Source of the DNA: Hyphomicrobiales bacterium
GTDB lineage: Bacteria > Pseudomonadota > Alphaproteobacteria > Rhizobiales > Rhizobiaceae
Reading direction: 5' to 3'
Assembly (NCBI GenBank): GCA_021775455.1
Contig: JAJFHU010000038.1
Coordinates: forward strand, 17,315 to 81,314
DNA length: 64,000 nucleotides
A program made the translations under genes and the position numbers. The notes below the pieces were generated by a model that saw only the letters and a program-made list of their open reading frames with translations, made no database searches and had not been told where the DNA came from. Of the stretch, positions 1-13,330 are shown in pieces. Positions within the stretch are counted from its first letter, which is position 1. Every line of letters begins with the position of its first letter.

Positions 1-802
1 CGATCCCGACAATGTCCGGCGAAATGCCCTCCTGTTCACAAGCAAACAAGGTGCCGGTTCGACCCATACCGCACATGACTTCATCAAGGATTAGAAGAAT
101 ACCGTACTGATCGCATATCTCCCGGATGCGCTTGAAATATCCCGAAGCTGGCGGTACTGCACCCAGAGTTGCTCCGACAACGGGTTCAGCCACAAATGCC
201 ATGATATTTTCCGCACCCAATCGCTGAATTTCCCGCTCGAGTTCGTTGGCCGCCCGCATACCATAGTCTGCGAGGCTTTCACCTGATTGCCGCATTCGAT
301 ACTCGTAACAGGGTTCAATGTGAGAAGTTTCCATCAACAAGGGCGCAAACGGCTTGCGCCGCCAGACATTTCCGCCAGTCGCCAATGCGCCCAACGTATT
401 GCCATGATAACTTTGTTGGCGGGCGATTACGTGATGGCGTTGCTCTTCACCAATCTCAAGATAATACTGGCGCGCCAGTTTCAAGGCTGACTCCATCGCT
501 TCCGAACCGCCGGAAACAAGATACACCTTGTCTATTTCCTTCGGCGCATGTTTGATCAACTTGTCAGCCAGATTTTCTGCCGCTTCTGAAGTAAAGAATC
601 CCGTATGGGCAAATGCCAACGCATCAAGCTGCTTTCGCATGGCGTTTTTTACATCTTCATCTGAATGCCCGAGGCACGACACTGCTGCACCACCACTGCC
701 ATCAAAATACTGTTTCCCATTCACGTCGATGAGGTAAACGCCTTCGCCTCTGGAAACGACCGGTGGTGTTGCTTTGGAACTTCGGTGCAGTATGTGGGAC
801 AT
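1..802 (-). CDS. Class-III (omega-type) PLP-dependent aminotransferase; the 3-prime end runs off the left edge of the window
   Basis: My own reverse-strand translation from the ATG at 802-800 gives [46 protein letters not shown]...[19 protein letters not shown]...[16 protein letters not shown]. The GGSEA and DEV.CG.GRTG motifs are typical of this family. It is absent from the ORF track because no stop codon lies inside the window. Confidence 0.8.
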   Translation of the reverse strand, partial: MSHILHRSSKATPPVVSRGEGVYLIDVNGKQYFDGSGGAAVSCLGHSDEDVKNAMRKQLDALAFAHTGFFTSEAAENLADKLIKHAPKEIDKVYLVSGGSEAMESALKLARQYYLEIGEEQRHHVIARQQSYHGNTLGALATGGNVWRRKPFAPLLMETSHIEPCYEYRMRQSGESLADYGMRAANELEREIQRLGAENIMAFVAEPVVGATLGAVPPASGYFKRIREICDQYGILLILDEVMCGMGRTGTLFACEQEGISPDIVGI

Positions 803-906
803 CGGAAACCTCAAGGCTTGGAGTTGTTCTTACACTTATTCACAAACGCTAATAGCGGAAAACAGATAAATTTTACACAGGCCTAGGCCAATATGGGTGC
901 GTGAGA

Positions 907-931
907 AAAAGGCCGCACTAGTCGGCCTTTT
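907..931 (-). terminator. Rho-independent terminator downstream of the 958-1461 gene
   Basis: Hairpin aaaaggccg-cactagt-cggcctttt. On the minus strand the stem is followed by TTTTT. Confidence 0.6.
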
Positions 932-957
932 AAACGTTACACAATTCATTCTATTTT

Positions 958-1461
958 TCAGGAACGTAACAATCCATCACTCTGTTCGAATTCTTCTTTC
1001 GATACACCTTTCAATGTTATCGTGCCGCCCTCAACCGTATATGGCTGTTGCTCTCCAAAGCCAGGATAGGACTTGTCTTCAACAGTAACTACGGCATCCC
1101 CGTTCTCGTTCTCGGAAACCGACATGCTGTGCCCCTGATGAAGGTAGTCCCCAATGTCGATTTTATCCTTGCCAAGTTCAAAGCTTTCGATTGTGTCATC
1201 TCCAAACCCCGTAAAAGCGAAAGTGTCTTCCCTGAACTCCATACCGGACATCGCAAAGCGAAATGTTTCCCTCCCCGCACCGGCCGCTATCTTTTCGTTG
1301 CGCCGGCTGGTATTTACGATCTCGCCATTTGAACGGGTATTGGGCCCTGCAAAGTTCAAAAATGTACTGAATGTCCGCGACTGGTTTTCTCTAGTGGTGC
1401 CGGGTACTCCATTTTCGATATTTGTATTGCTGACACCTTGTTGGTTGATATTCGATATCAT
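958..1461 (-). CDS. Small acidic hypothetical protein with a type-I-secretion-like / calcium-binding-like motif
   Basis: 167-aa ORF with a GAGGAA Shine-Dalgarno sequence just upstream of the ATG and a terminator downstream. The motif FTGFGDDTIESFELGKDKIDIGDYL resembles the G.D.I.DF..G.D.IDL pattern of T1SS C-terminal target domains. Confidence 0.5.
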   Translation of the reverse strand: MISNINQQGVSNTNIENGVPGTTRENQSRTFSTFLNFAGPNTRSNGEIVNTSRRNEKIAAGAGRETFRFAMSGMEFREDTFAFTGFGDDTIESFELGKDKIDIGDYLHQGHSMSVSENENGDAVVTVEDKSYPGFGEQQPYTVEGGTITLKGVSKEEFEQSDGLLRS

Positions 1462-1745
1462 TTGGATTCCTCGTTGTTTTAAAATTTCTAAAAGCTTGCA
1501 TTAGCGGAATTTCCGCCAACAAAATCTATTTTTAATATATATAATTATTATTTGCAATTTGTTTTCCCAGAATACCAAAATAAATATAAAGCGCGGTAAC
1601 ATTTCGTACTTTTCTGAATTCCAAAAGTGGGTATCGCACAGCTTGGGATCTTAACATGTGCATAAAAATGTTTATTCCCGTCATGCAATTGCCAAACAAT
1701 ACAGCTATCATTCAGTATAACATTTGAAGGTAGAGGGAGGTAACA

Positions 1746-2708
1746 ATGTTCGATATCAGCAGAAGAAAACTTGTCCTGTCAGCCAGTGCAACCGCAGCAC
1801 TTGGACTGTCCGGCCCAATGGAATTATTGCGCCCAGCCGCTGCAAACGGTGAAGGTGATAAAGGTTATTTGGCCTACAAGATCGGCGATATTGATTGCAT
1901 TTCAGTCTATGACGGCATTTGGCAAAGAGACCACGATGAAGACTTTATTCGCAATGCCAGCGTAGACGAGACCAAGGCAGCCCTTTCAAAGGCAGGAATT
2001 TCTCCTGATTTCGTTCCAATCGAATTTGCTCAAACCGTAGTAAAATCAGGCGGCAAAACATTATTGATCGATGCGGGCACCGGTGGTCAACTCGCTCCAA
2101 CCGCTGGTAGTACTTTGGAAAACCTGGTGGCAGCCGGCATTGATCCGGCTTCAATTGATACCGTCGCAATTTCACATTTTCATCCAGATCATATCTTCGG
2201 CTTGATGGCCAAGGATACAAACGAGCAAATATTTCCAGATGCAGAAATCAAGCTACCTGAAAAGGAATACAATTTCTGGACTGATCCTGGCCTGATTGAA
2301 AAACTTCCAGACAATCGAAAAGGCTTGGCCAAGCGAATACAGGCAACGTTCCCAAACTGGGAAAATGTAACATTGACTGGAGAAGATACAGAAATAGCTC
2401 CCGGTGTAAAAAGCGTGGCTGCTTACGGTCACACACCGGGCCATACAGCATACCATGTTTCATCAGGAAATGATCAACTGCTGGTAGTTGGTGACATCGC
2501 AAATGTCCCCGCCCTATTCCTTGCCAATCCGACTTGGCAGGCAGTATTCGATCAGGATCCGGAGGCAGCTACAAGAACACGGATAGAGTTGTTGGAACGT
2601 GCTATTACCGACAACGCCGTCATTGCCGGCTCCCATTTCGGGTTTCCCAATGCCGGCCGGGTCACAAAAGATGGCAGTGGATACGTGTTCGAGCCAATTA
2701 CCGGCTAG
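1746..2708 (+). CDS. MBL-fold metallo-hydrolase with a twin-arginine (Tat) signal peptide
   Basis: N-terminus MFDISRRKLVLSASATAALGL, followed by the HFHPDH (HxHxDH) zinc motif and a downstream GHTPGH. A GGAGG Shine-Dalgarno sequence precedes the ATG. Confidence 0.85.
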   Translation: MFDISRRKLVLSASATAALGLSGPMELLRPAAANGEGDKGYLAYKIGDIDCISVYDGIWQRDHDEDFIRNASVDETKAALSKAGISPDFVPIEFAQTVVKSGGKTLLIDAGTGGQLAPTAGSTLENLVAAGIDPASIDTVAISHFHPDHIFGLMAKDTNEQIFPDAEIKLPEKEYNFWTDPGLIEKLPDNRKGLAKRIQATFPNWENVTLTGEDTEIAPGVKSVAAYGHTPGHTAYHVSSGNDQLLVVGDIANVPALFLANPTWQAVFDQDPEAATRTRIELLERAITDNAVIAGSHFGFPNAGRVTKDGSGYVFEPITG

Positions 2709-2715
2709 TTCAAGA

Positions 2716-3459
2716 TTACATAAACTGCGCAACCGGTTGGGCGGGTTCCATCGCGATATGCAATGCGTCCGGTAGAGTGAATGTTTCATCAAACAACGCA
2801 CGACCTACCACTGCACCGGAAACATTCGGCATAAACTTCAGCGTAGAAACATCGTCCAGTGTTTTCACCACACCGCTTGCAATTACAGGTGTACGAATGT
2901 GTGTAGACAGTTCTGTCACATGCGCGATGCTCGCGTGGGGTTGATCAATGTCACGATCAATATCTGTTAGTATGATTGCCGCCAACGGAACTTCACCAAA
3001 CTGGCTTGCAAACTCACTAGGTGTGAATACCGTAGTATTGCGCCAACCATCAATGGCCACATGACCTCCATATGAATCGATGGAAACAGCAATCTGGTCC
3101 GGGTAAGCAAGTGCGGCTTCCTTTACAAAATCCGGATCCTTCACCGCAGCAGTAGCAATAACCACTCTGGAAGCACCAGCATCCACCCATTTCCTGACCT
3201 GTTCGATTGATCGAACACCACCTCCCACTTGAACGTTACATCCGGCAGTTCTGATGATTTCGGCAATGGCTTCGGTGTTGTTTCCTTTGTTGAAAACCTT
3301 GTCGAGGTCAATAACATTAAGCCACTCGGCGCCTTCGGCAACAAATCGCTTTGCGGCTGCCAATGGTGTCTCACTATGAACGATCGGATCTTCTGCTGCA
3401 CCTTTGTAAAGATGCACACATTTGCCACCCTGCAATTCAATATCAGGATAAATGATCAT
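2716..3459 (-). CDS. HisA-family (ProFAR isomerase-like) TIM-barrel protein, standing alone with no other his genes nearby
   Basis: MIIYPDIELQGGKCVHL...VIDLD...VQVGGGVRS...VVIATAAV...VSIDSYGG.VAIDGW...IILTDIDRD...PVIASGVV...GRALFD matches the HisA layout along its full length. Confidence 0.7.
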   Translation of the reverse strand: MIIYPDIELQGGKCVHLYKGAAEDPIVHSETPLAAAKRFVAEGAEWLNVIDLDKVFNKGNNTEAIAEIIRTAGCNVQVGGGVRSIEQVRKWVDAGASRVVIATAAVKDPDFVKEAALAYPDQIAVSIDSYGGHVAIDGWRNTTVFTPSEFASQFGEVPLAAIILTDIDRDIDQPHASIAHVTELSTHIRTPVIASGVVKTLDDVSTLKFMPNVSGAVVGRALFDETFTLPDALHIAMEPAQPVAQFM

Positions 3460-3540
3460 GGGACTCTCCTCTTATTATAATGAGGATGCCACAACTTTCA
3501 GAATTTGCAATGCTGTGAATATGGTGTAGGTCGCCAAAAT

Positions 3541-3981
3541 CTATCTGGCGATGTAAAGCGTCTGTCCAACTTGAATGATGAAAGGGGCACCAATTCCATT
3601 CAGTTTGGCGACTTCTGTTGCGCTGAGACCGTGACGAAGACCAATAGATGATAAAGTATCACCCGGCTGAACGGTAACGCTGATCCGCCCTACGCTTGAG
3701 CTTGGCACACTTTGCGAATGCGCATCAATCAGGCTCATGACAGACGGTTCATGCGCACTGTAAATGCGCCGCAAGCTTTGGTCATTCTTGTCAGGCACAT
3801 CACCCGTAATAACCGGATCAATCCAGCCTTGCTCCTCGGCCAATATATCATCGCCCGATTCGATGGTCCCGCCATTGTCTGTCAATATTGCGCTCACTAG
3901 AAAGGCTGCCGCAACAAATACGGTTGCCCCGGAAGAAATTCGGGCCAGGCTCAAATATTTTGTAAATTTCAGAATACGCAT
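3541..3981 (-). CDS. LysM peptidoglycan-binding domain protein with an N-terminal membrane anchor
   Basis: Hydrophobic N-terminus (ATVFVAAAFLVSAIL). The C-terminus VTVQPGDTLSSIGLRHGLSATEVAKLNGI...IQVGQTLYI is a canonical LysM motif. Confidence 0.8.
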   Translation of the reverse strand: MRILKFTKYLSLARISSGATVFVAAAFLVSAILTDNGGTIESGDDILAEEQGWIDPVITGDVPDKNDQSLRRIYSAHEPSVMSLIDAHSQSVPSSSVGRISVTVQPGDTLSSIGLRHGLSATEVAKLNGIGAPFIIQVGQTLYIAR

Positions 3982-4109
3982 GGTTTTGCATCAGCACTGC
4001 ACCACCAAGTGATGAACGTGCGGCTCTTTATGTGTGTCATCACAAGAATGAACGTTTAGGGTAAAAAGTTGGTTAACAGGCAAATGAAGGCAATTTTTCG
4101 ATTGGGCTT

Positions 4110-5048
4110 TTGCATTTTGAATGCCTCGCAGGTAGGAAAGCCGGGTCCATTACTGCAACGAGCATTCAATTGTCCCAATCCCGAATTATCGCAATCACCG
4201 AAGAACCACTGGCACGCAAAGTTGCCGGTTTGCTTGGCGCAGAATTTGGTGATGTTGGTCTGCCGGTAGCCGCATACGAAAGTGATGAGATTCCAAATCA
4301 ATGGGAAGTCTCGATTTACTGCGAAACCAACATTGCAAGCGAAATTTCAGACCAGATCATAAGTCTCTTGTCAGACAACAGCATTGATCTGTCATTCAAA
4401 ACAGAATTGCTGCCGGATGTAGATTGGGTTGCGACTACCCTGCAGCAGTTGGCTCCGGTGCGAGCTGGCCGCTTTATCGTTCATGGCAGCCACGATGCCC
4501 GCGAGCCAAAACCACATGAAATCGCTGTCAAAATTGATGCCAGTGTTGCTTTTGGCACCGGCCATCACGGAACCACAGCGGGTTGCCTGGATATGCTGGA
4601 TCACGTACTTAAACGAAGTAATTTTGAAAATGTTTTGGATTTGGGAACCGGCTCCGGAGTCTTGGCCATAGCATCTGCAAAAGCGGGATGTCAGGTGGTT
4701 GTCGCCAGTGATATCGACCCCATTTCAACCGAAACTGCACGATTCAACTCGCGAGAAAATAGTGTTGCCAACCGGATTCACTGCATAACGGCAAGTGGTT
4801 TCAATCATCCGGACTTGGCTGCCAATGCGCCATTTGATCTGGTTATTGCAAACATTCTTGCCCGACCATTACAATCGCTCGCGCCAAAGCTGGTTCAGGC
4901 GACCTCCCCTGGTGGAACAATTATTCTTTCAGGATTGCTGCCACAACAAAAAGCGCTCATCATCGCAAGCTACCGATTGCAAGGTGCCGTTTTTGAGCAC
5001 GCCCATATACGGGATGGCTGGTTGTCTTTGCTGCTGAGAAAACCCTGA
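4110..5048 (+). CDS. prmA: Ribosomal protein L11 methyltransferase
   Basis: Motifs FGTGHHGTTAGCL and VLDLGTGSGVLAIASAKAG..V.ASDIDP are characteristic of PrmA. The start is uncertain: the track start is TTG and there is no in-frame ATG near the N-terminus. Confidence 0.85.
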   Translation: MHFECLAGRKAGSITATSIQLSQSRIIAITEEPLARKVAGLLGAEFGDVGLPVAAYESDEIPNQWEVSIYCETNIASEISDQIISLLSDNSIDLSFKTELLPDVDWVATTLQQLAPVRAGRFIVHGSHDAREPKPHEIAVKIDASVAFGTGHHGTTAGCLDMLDHVLKRSNFENVLDLGTGSGVLAIASAKAGCQVVVASDIDPISTETARFNSRENSVANRIHCITASGFNHPDLAANAPFDLVIANILARPLQSLAPKLVQATSPGGTIILSGLLPQQKALIIASYRLQGAVFEHAHIRDGWLSLLLRKP

Positions 5049-5052
5049 CGCT

Positions 5053-5808
5053 TCAGGCTACCTGACCGCTTTCCTTGGGTTTGGCGAGGATGAATTCATC
5101 CTGAAGTATCCGCCAGGTATCGTAATGATCTGCAACCGGGTAAATCTTGTTTTGTGAATTGTCGTTACCGATGGCCTCCGCCAGTGGTAGATCATTACCA
5201 CCTTCAAAAATATTGTCGCCAAAGAAGTGCAAAACAGCGTCGGGATGACGTGACCTGACTTCTGATTGAACCCTGGATTTATTCCAGCCTCTTGGAGATA
5301 CATCGATGGAAATCTGGCCGCCACTATTGGCTTCATATTCCGGGAAAGCAGCTTCGATCAAGGCAATCATACGTTTGCGATCAGCACTTTCCTGGTCAAA
5401 GCGCTCATAATCATTGCGCTGTATAGGGTTGGCATTGCGACCGACTACAGAAATATTGAGCGCGCCAATGCGCGGTTCGCAGTGATTGCCGGTTCGCGCC
5501 TCATAGGCTGACTGGCTTATGATGTCCTCAGCGAGCTCAAACATTTCTTCGGGAAATGTGTGGTTCATCTGGAAAACGATGTTTCCACCTTGCCAGAACT
5601 CGTTGCCGGAACAGGTGAAAACGCCTGCTACAGACTGTATAAGCCAAACCGGTAACTGGTTTTCGAGTTTCGGCATATCACTGCCTGAAACAAGATAAAC
5701 CGTTTCGGACGCGACAACTGTTCGAAAAAACCGGGCAAAATCTTCGTGCATATACCGGCGAGGGCCGGTAAGCGTTCCGTCAACATCGAAGATAAATGCT
5801 CGTTCCAT
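5053..5808 (-). CDS. Eukaryotic-type phosphomannomutase-like HAD-IIB hydrolase
   Basis: FIFDVDGTLTGPRR, VSGSD, ALNISVVGRN, GGQISIDVSPRGWNK and HFFGDNIFEGGNDLPL line up with the PMM1/PMM2-type phosphomannomutase motifs (FDVDGTLT, GGSD, GGQISFDV.P.GWDK, FFGDKT..GGND). Confidence 0.75.
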   Translation of the reverse strand: MERAFIFDVDGTLTGPRRYMHEDFARFFRTVVASETVYLVSGSDMPKLENQLPVWLIQSVAGVFTCSGNEFWQGGNIVFQMNHTFPEEMFELAEDIISQSAYEARTGNHCEPRIGALNISVVGRNANPIQRNDYERFDQESADRKRMIALIEAAFPEYEANSGGQISIDVSPRGWNKSRVQSEVRSRHPDAVLHFFGDNIFEGGNDLPLAEAIGNDNSQNKIYPVADHYDTWRILQDEFILAKPKESGQVA

Positions 5809-5926
5809 GCGACGAATCTAACAAAAAATTGCAAACAAATCGTTGAGATGGACGCAGACCAAAGTTTATGGCTAAAAGATCGTTAAACTCTGATTTGAAA
5901 CAATTGCCCAGCGGAGATCAGCAGGC

Positions 5927-6112
5927 CTAAAAGCCTGTAAAAGTACCGCCTTTTTTCAGACTGCTTCTGTTAAAACCGCCCTTTGCCAGGGTCGCATCAT
6001 CAAGACTTGCGAGAAATGCATGAACATCGCGTTCAACGCGGGCTTCCCGTGCGCGGATTATACCTGAAAATTGTGCTTTTGCTGCACTACCAAAACCTGA
6101 AAAAATTGACAT
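5927..6112 (-). CDS. Small hypothetical protein of 61 aa, possibly DUF1127-like
   Basis: An AAGGAA Shine-Dalgarno sequence lies 6 nt upstream of the third ATG (MSIFSGFG...). The segment RAREARVERDVHAFLASLDDATLAKGGFNRSSL loosely resembles the DUF1127 pattern R..L..L.D..L.D.G..R..I. Confidence 0.4.
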   Translation of the reverse strand: MSIFSGFGSAAKAQFSGIIRAREARVERDVHAFLASLDDATLAKGGFNRSSLKKGGTFTGF

Positions 6113-6265
6113 GTTCATTTCCTTTCGCATTTGGCCGGTTCCTCACCAGCCTATGCAACAACATATAGGAGCGGCGTCGATGACTTGGCAGGTGTTTTGG
6201 CGCATGACAGCCTTGCAGGAAATGCATGAATGAGGGAAAAGAACGGAGCAATCAGGAAGCTACAC

Positions 6266-8086
6266 ATGTTCCAGAATTTTGAAGCAAAGTCCGAAGGCGC
6301 GTTCGGCAAAAAAAGACTCGCTGCGCTACGCAAGGAAATGCGCGTAAGAAAACTGGATTACTACCTTGTACCGCATGCGGACGAACATCAAAACGAGTAT
6401 CTGCCGGTACGCGCTGAAAGACTCGCTTGGCTAACCGGATTTACAGGGTCTGCCGGTTTCGCGATAGTTGGATTGAAGAAAGCAATTGTTTTCGTTGACG
6501 GGCGTTACACCCTGCAAATGCGCGACCAGGTTGATCTTTCCTGCTTTAGCGGAGAAAGTCTGGTGGATAATCCGCCTTCGAAATGGGTTTCCAAAAATGT
6601 ATCAAAGAAAGCCCGTATCGGATTTGACCCGTGGTTGTTGACAGTTAGCCAAACGGAAAAATTCTCAAAAGCAGCAAAAGCTTGTGGCGCACGGTTGGTT
6701 CAGACACAAAACCTGATTGACCGGATTTGGGAAAACCAACCACCTCAACCCCATTCACCTGTTCGCCTTCATTCAAAACCCCATGCAGGACAGACTGCCT
6801 CCGATAAAATACGTGAAATCCAGAAATCGATCGCGGGCAAGGCCTGTGACTTTTGCCTCCTCACCGACCCGGCTTCACTTTGTTGGTTGTTTAACATCCG
6901 GGGAAATGACCTGATTCACAATCCGCTCACACTGGGTTATGCAATTGTACCGGCCAAAGGAAAACCGAAACTTTTCCTGGATGGGAGAAAATTATCCGAT
7001 GTAGTTCGTAATGAACTCTCAAAAATCTCAGACCTTCACTCACCAGCGAAACTTGCGAGAGAACTAAAAGCGGCAAGTTCCAAAAAATCCATCCTCTGTG
7101 ACCCAAATCTGGTTTCAGTCAAACTGGCAGATGCCATTACAAAAGCGGGTGGTAGAATCGTTCGTGGTCGCGACCCGGTCGTCTTGCCCCGCGCTATCAA
7201 GAACAAAACCGAAATTGAGGGAACCCGAGCCGCCCATTTGAGAGATGGAGTTGCCGTTTGCCGTTTTCTTGCTTGGCTGGATGATCAGAAGCCCGGAAAA
7301 ATTGACGAGATTGGCGCAGCCAGACAATTGGAACGGTTCCGGTCAGAAACCGCTCAAGCGATGGGAAGCGAATTGCTTGAAATCTCTTTCGACACCATTT
7401 CCGGAGCGGGACCGCATGGCGCAATTGTCCATTACCGCGTCACGGAGCCCACAAACAGGAAACTTGGGAAAAACAGCCTTTACCTGAACGATTCCGGCGG
7501 TCAATACATCGATGGTACGACCGACATTACCCGAACCGTCGCAATCGGAAATCCGCCCAAGCAGGCGATTGAAGATTTCACACTGGTACTGAAAGGGCAC
7601 ATTGCCCTTGCAGTGGCGCGGTTTCCAAAAGGCAGCAGAGGTGTGGATCTGGATGTCCTTGCCCGCAAGGCGCTTTGGGAGCGTGGCAAAGACTACGGCC
7701 ACGGTACCGGGCACGGAATTGGCTCTTACCTTAATGTCCACGAAGGCCCGCAATCGATTTCAAGGCGCGGAATGGAGCCCCTGGTGCCTGGGATGATCGT
7801 TTCCAACGAGCCCGGATATTATGTTGAGGGCAAGTACGGCATCCGCATAGAAAATCTGGTTCTGGTAAAAAAGGCGGAGCCGATCCCTGGCGGAAACACC
7901 GAAACGCATTCCTTCGAGACTCTAACCTTGGCGCCCATGGATCTCCGGTTGATTGATCTGAAACTCTTGTCGAATGATGAACGCGATTGGCTCAACATCT
8001 ACCACAAACGGGTAAGACAAGAATTGTCACCTCATCTGGACGCAGCCTCGAGGAAATGGCTTTTGTCGGCAACGAAAGCTGTATGA
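6266..8086 (+). CDS. pepP: Xaa-Pro aminopeptidase (aminopeptidase P, M24B family)
   Basis: Metal-ligand motifs DSGGQY.DGTTDITRT, HGTGHGIGSYLNVHEGPQ, SNEPGYY and IRIENL. The start is placed at the ATG preceded by AGGAAG; the track alternative is 6230. Confidence 0.85.
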   Translation: MFQNFEAKSEGAFGKKRLAALRKEMRVRKLDYYLVPHADEHQNEYLPVRAERLAWLTGFTGSAGFAIVGLKKAIVFVDGRYTLQMRDQVDLSCFSGESLVDNPPSKWVSKNVSKKARIGFDPWLLTVSQTEKFSKAAKACGARLVQTQNLIDRIWENQPPQPHSPVRLHSKPHAGQTASDKIREIQKSIAGKACDFCLLTDPASLCWLFNIRGNDLIHNPLTLGYAIVPAKGKPKLFLDGRKLSDVVRNELSKISDLHSPAKLARELKAASSKKSILCDPNLVSVKLADAITKAGGRIVRGRDPVVLPRAIKNKTEIEGTRAAHLRDGVAVCRFLAWLDDQKPGKIDEIGAARQLERFRSETAQAMGSELLEISFDTISGAGPHGAIVHYRVTEPTNRKLGKNSLYLNDSGGQYIDGTTDITRTVAIGNPPKQAIEDFTLVLKGHIALAVARFPKGSRGVDLDVLARKALWERGKDYGHGTGHGIGSYLNVHEGPQSISRRGMEPLVPGMIVSNEPGYYVEGKYGIRIENLVLVKKAEPIPGGNTETHSFETLTLAPMDLRLIDLKLLSNDERDWLNIYHKRVRQELSPHLDAASRKWLLSATKAV

Positions 8087-8088
8087 AT

Positions 8089-8448
8089 TCATATTGAGTC
8101 GCCGTCGAAAACTTCTATCGGCAAGGTTAGAACATCTACGCCTTCCAGGCATCCGAGATTGAAACGATACTCGCCAGGATTGAGGCGGGTTTCGACAAAT
8201 GTGAAGATACCGCAGGTATCGCAGAAATGATGATTGGCAACACCAGTTCCAAACCGGTAATCGCGCAATTTTCCATCCCTGGCATCAATTGCAATCTTCT
8301 CTCGAGGCACTGTAAAATTGGTAAGCAAGGCGCCTTTGCGTTCGCAGATTGAACAGGTGCATCGCATCGCCGAGGTAATCTCTGGGCCAACAAAGGTAAA
8401 GTGAATAGCACCACAATGGCAAGAACCCTTGTATGTATGGAGTGTCAT
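8089..8448 (-). CDS. GFA family (CENP-V / glutathione-dependent formaldehyde-activating-like) zinc protein
   Basis: The cysteine pattern GSCHCGAI...CTCSIC...HHFCDTCG is typical of GFA. The start is moved to MTLHTYKGSCHCG so it does not overlap the ligA stop codon. Confidence 0.8.
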   Translation of the reverse strand: MTLHTYKGSCHCGAIHFTFVGPEITSAMRCTCSICERKGALLTNFTVPREKIAIDARDGKLRDYRFGTGVANHHFCDTCGIFTFVETRLNPGEYRFNLGCLEGVDVLTLPIEVFDGDSI

Positions 8449-8450
8449 TG

Positions 8451-12277
<3,827 letters not shown>

Positions 12278-12292
12278 TGGACGATTGTTTCC

Positions 12293-13159
12293 TCAGCTTG
12301 GCTGATCAGCATTGTCGAAAGTGTTTGAAAGCCAGGAGCCCTGGCTTGCCTGCGGAGTAAGGCCGCCTTCAGCCAACAATGCATAGCTGTCCTTGTACCA
12401 CTGACTGTCCGGGAAATTGTGGCCCAAGACAGAAGCTGCATTTTGCGCCTCACTTGCCAATCCAAGCGAATAGTAACACTCGACCAGCCGGGCCAATGCT
12501 TCTTCTACATGACGCGTGCTCGAGAATTTCTGCACAACCTCTTTGTAGCGGTTAATTGAAGCAAGATACTCGCGACGTTCCTGATAATAGCGCCCAACCA
12601 GCATTTCTTTGCCGGCTAGTTGATCAAAGGCTACCCGCATCTTGCGCTTGGCATCTTCGACATACTCACTCTCAGGGTAATTTTCGACAACCTCGTTCAT
12701 TGCGTTGTATGAACGTGCGGTAATCGTCTGATCCCGGGTAATACTCGGTATTTGCTTGAAGTATGCCATACCAACCAGATACTGGGCATAAGCGGCGTCC
12801 TTGTCTCCAGGGTACAGCGAAACAAAACGCTTTCCGGTTGCTGTCGTATCCGCGTAATTGCCTTCACGGTAGTGGATGAAGGTCATCAGGATCAAGGAAC
12901 GTCTGGAAAATTCTGAATATGGATGTTGCTGGTCAAGCTGGCTGAGCTTCTGCTTGGCTTCCTTGTAGTTACCCGCATCCATGTTCGCGAGAGCCTGGTT
13001 ATACAAAGTATCTGCAGGTTCGATGTCATCAACAAAATCGCTGCTTGTAGTTTCCGATGTATTGCAAGCGGCAAGTCCAAACAGGCCGCAGATCAGCATC
13101 CCCTTGAGCACTGCTCCAAAGATCATTCCCGGTTTGTCAGTCACTAGCGTGAAACGCAT
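12293..13159 (-). CDS. bamD: Outer membrane protein assembly factor BamD (ComL/YfiO lipoprotein)
   Basis: Lipobox GLAAC, TPR-like repeats (Y..A...M..GNY.EA...), and the conserved lpxC-bamD-recN synteny. Confidence 0.9.
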   Translation of the reverse strand: MRFTLVTDKPGMIFGAVLKGMLICGLFGLAACNTSETTSSDFVDDIEPADTLYNQALANMDAGNYKEAKQKLSQLDQQHPYSEFSRRSLILMTFIHYREGNYADTTATGKRFVSLYPGDKDAAYAQYLVGMAYFKQIPSITRDQTITARSYNAMNEVVENYPESEYVEDAKRKMRVAFDQLAGKEMLVGRYYQERREYLASINRYKEVVQKFSSTRHVEEALARLVECYYSLGLASEAQNAASVLGHNFPDSQWYKDSYALLAEGGLTPQASQGSWLSNTFDNADQPS

Positions 13160-13330
13160 GCATTTGTCCCGTAGTGCTCAGGCAATTTGCCATCAGGTCT
13201 TCAAATAGCGTAATCAGTAGAAAAACGCCAGATCATATCACCCGTGATTCAAGCAATTTTGTGACAAGATGAATCAGCCAAAAGGCAAAGTACCAGTTCT
13301 GCTGAAGTCCAATTGTCTTGTTATACCTGA

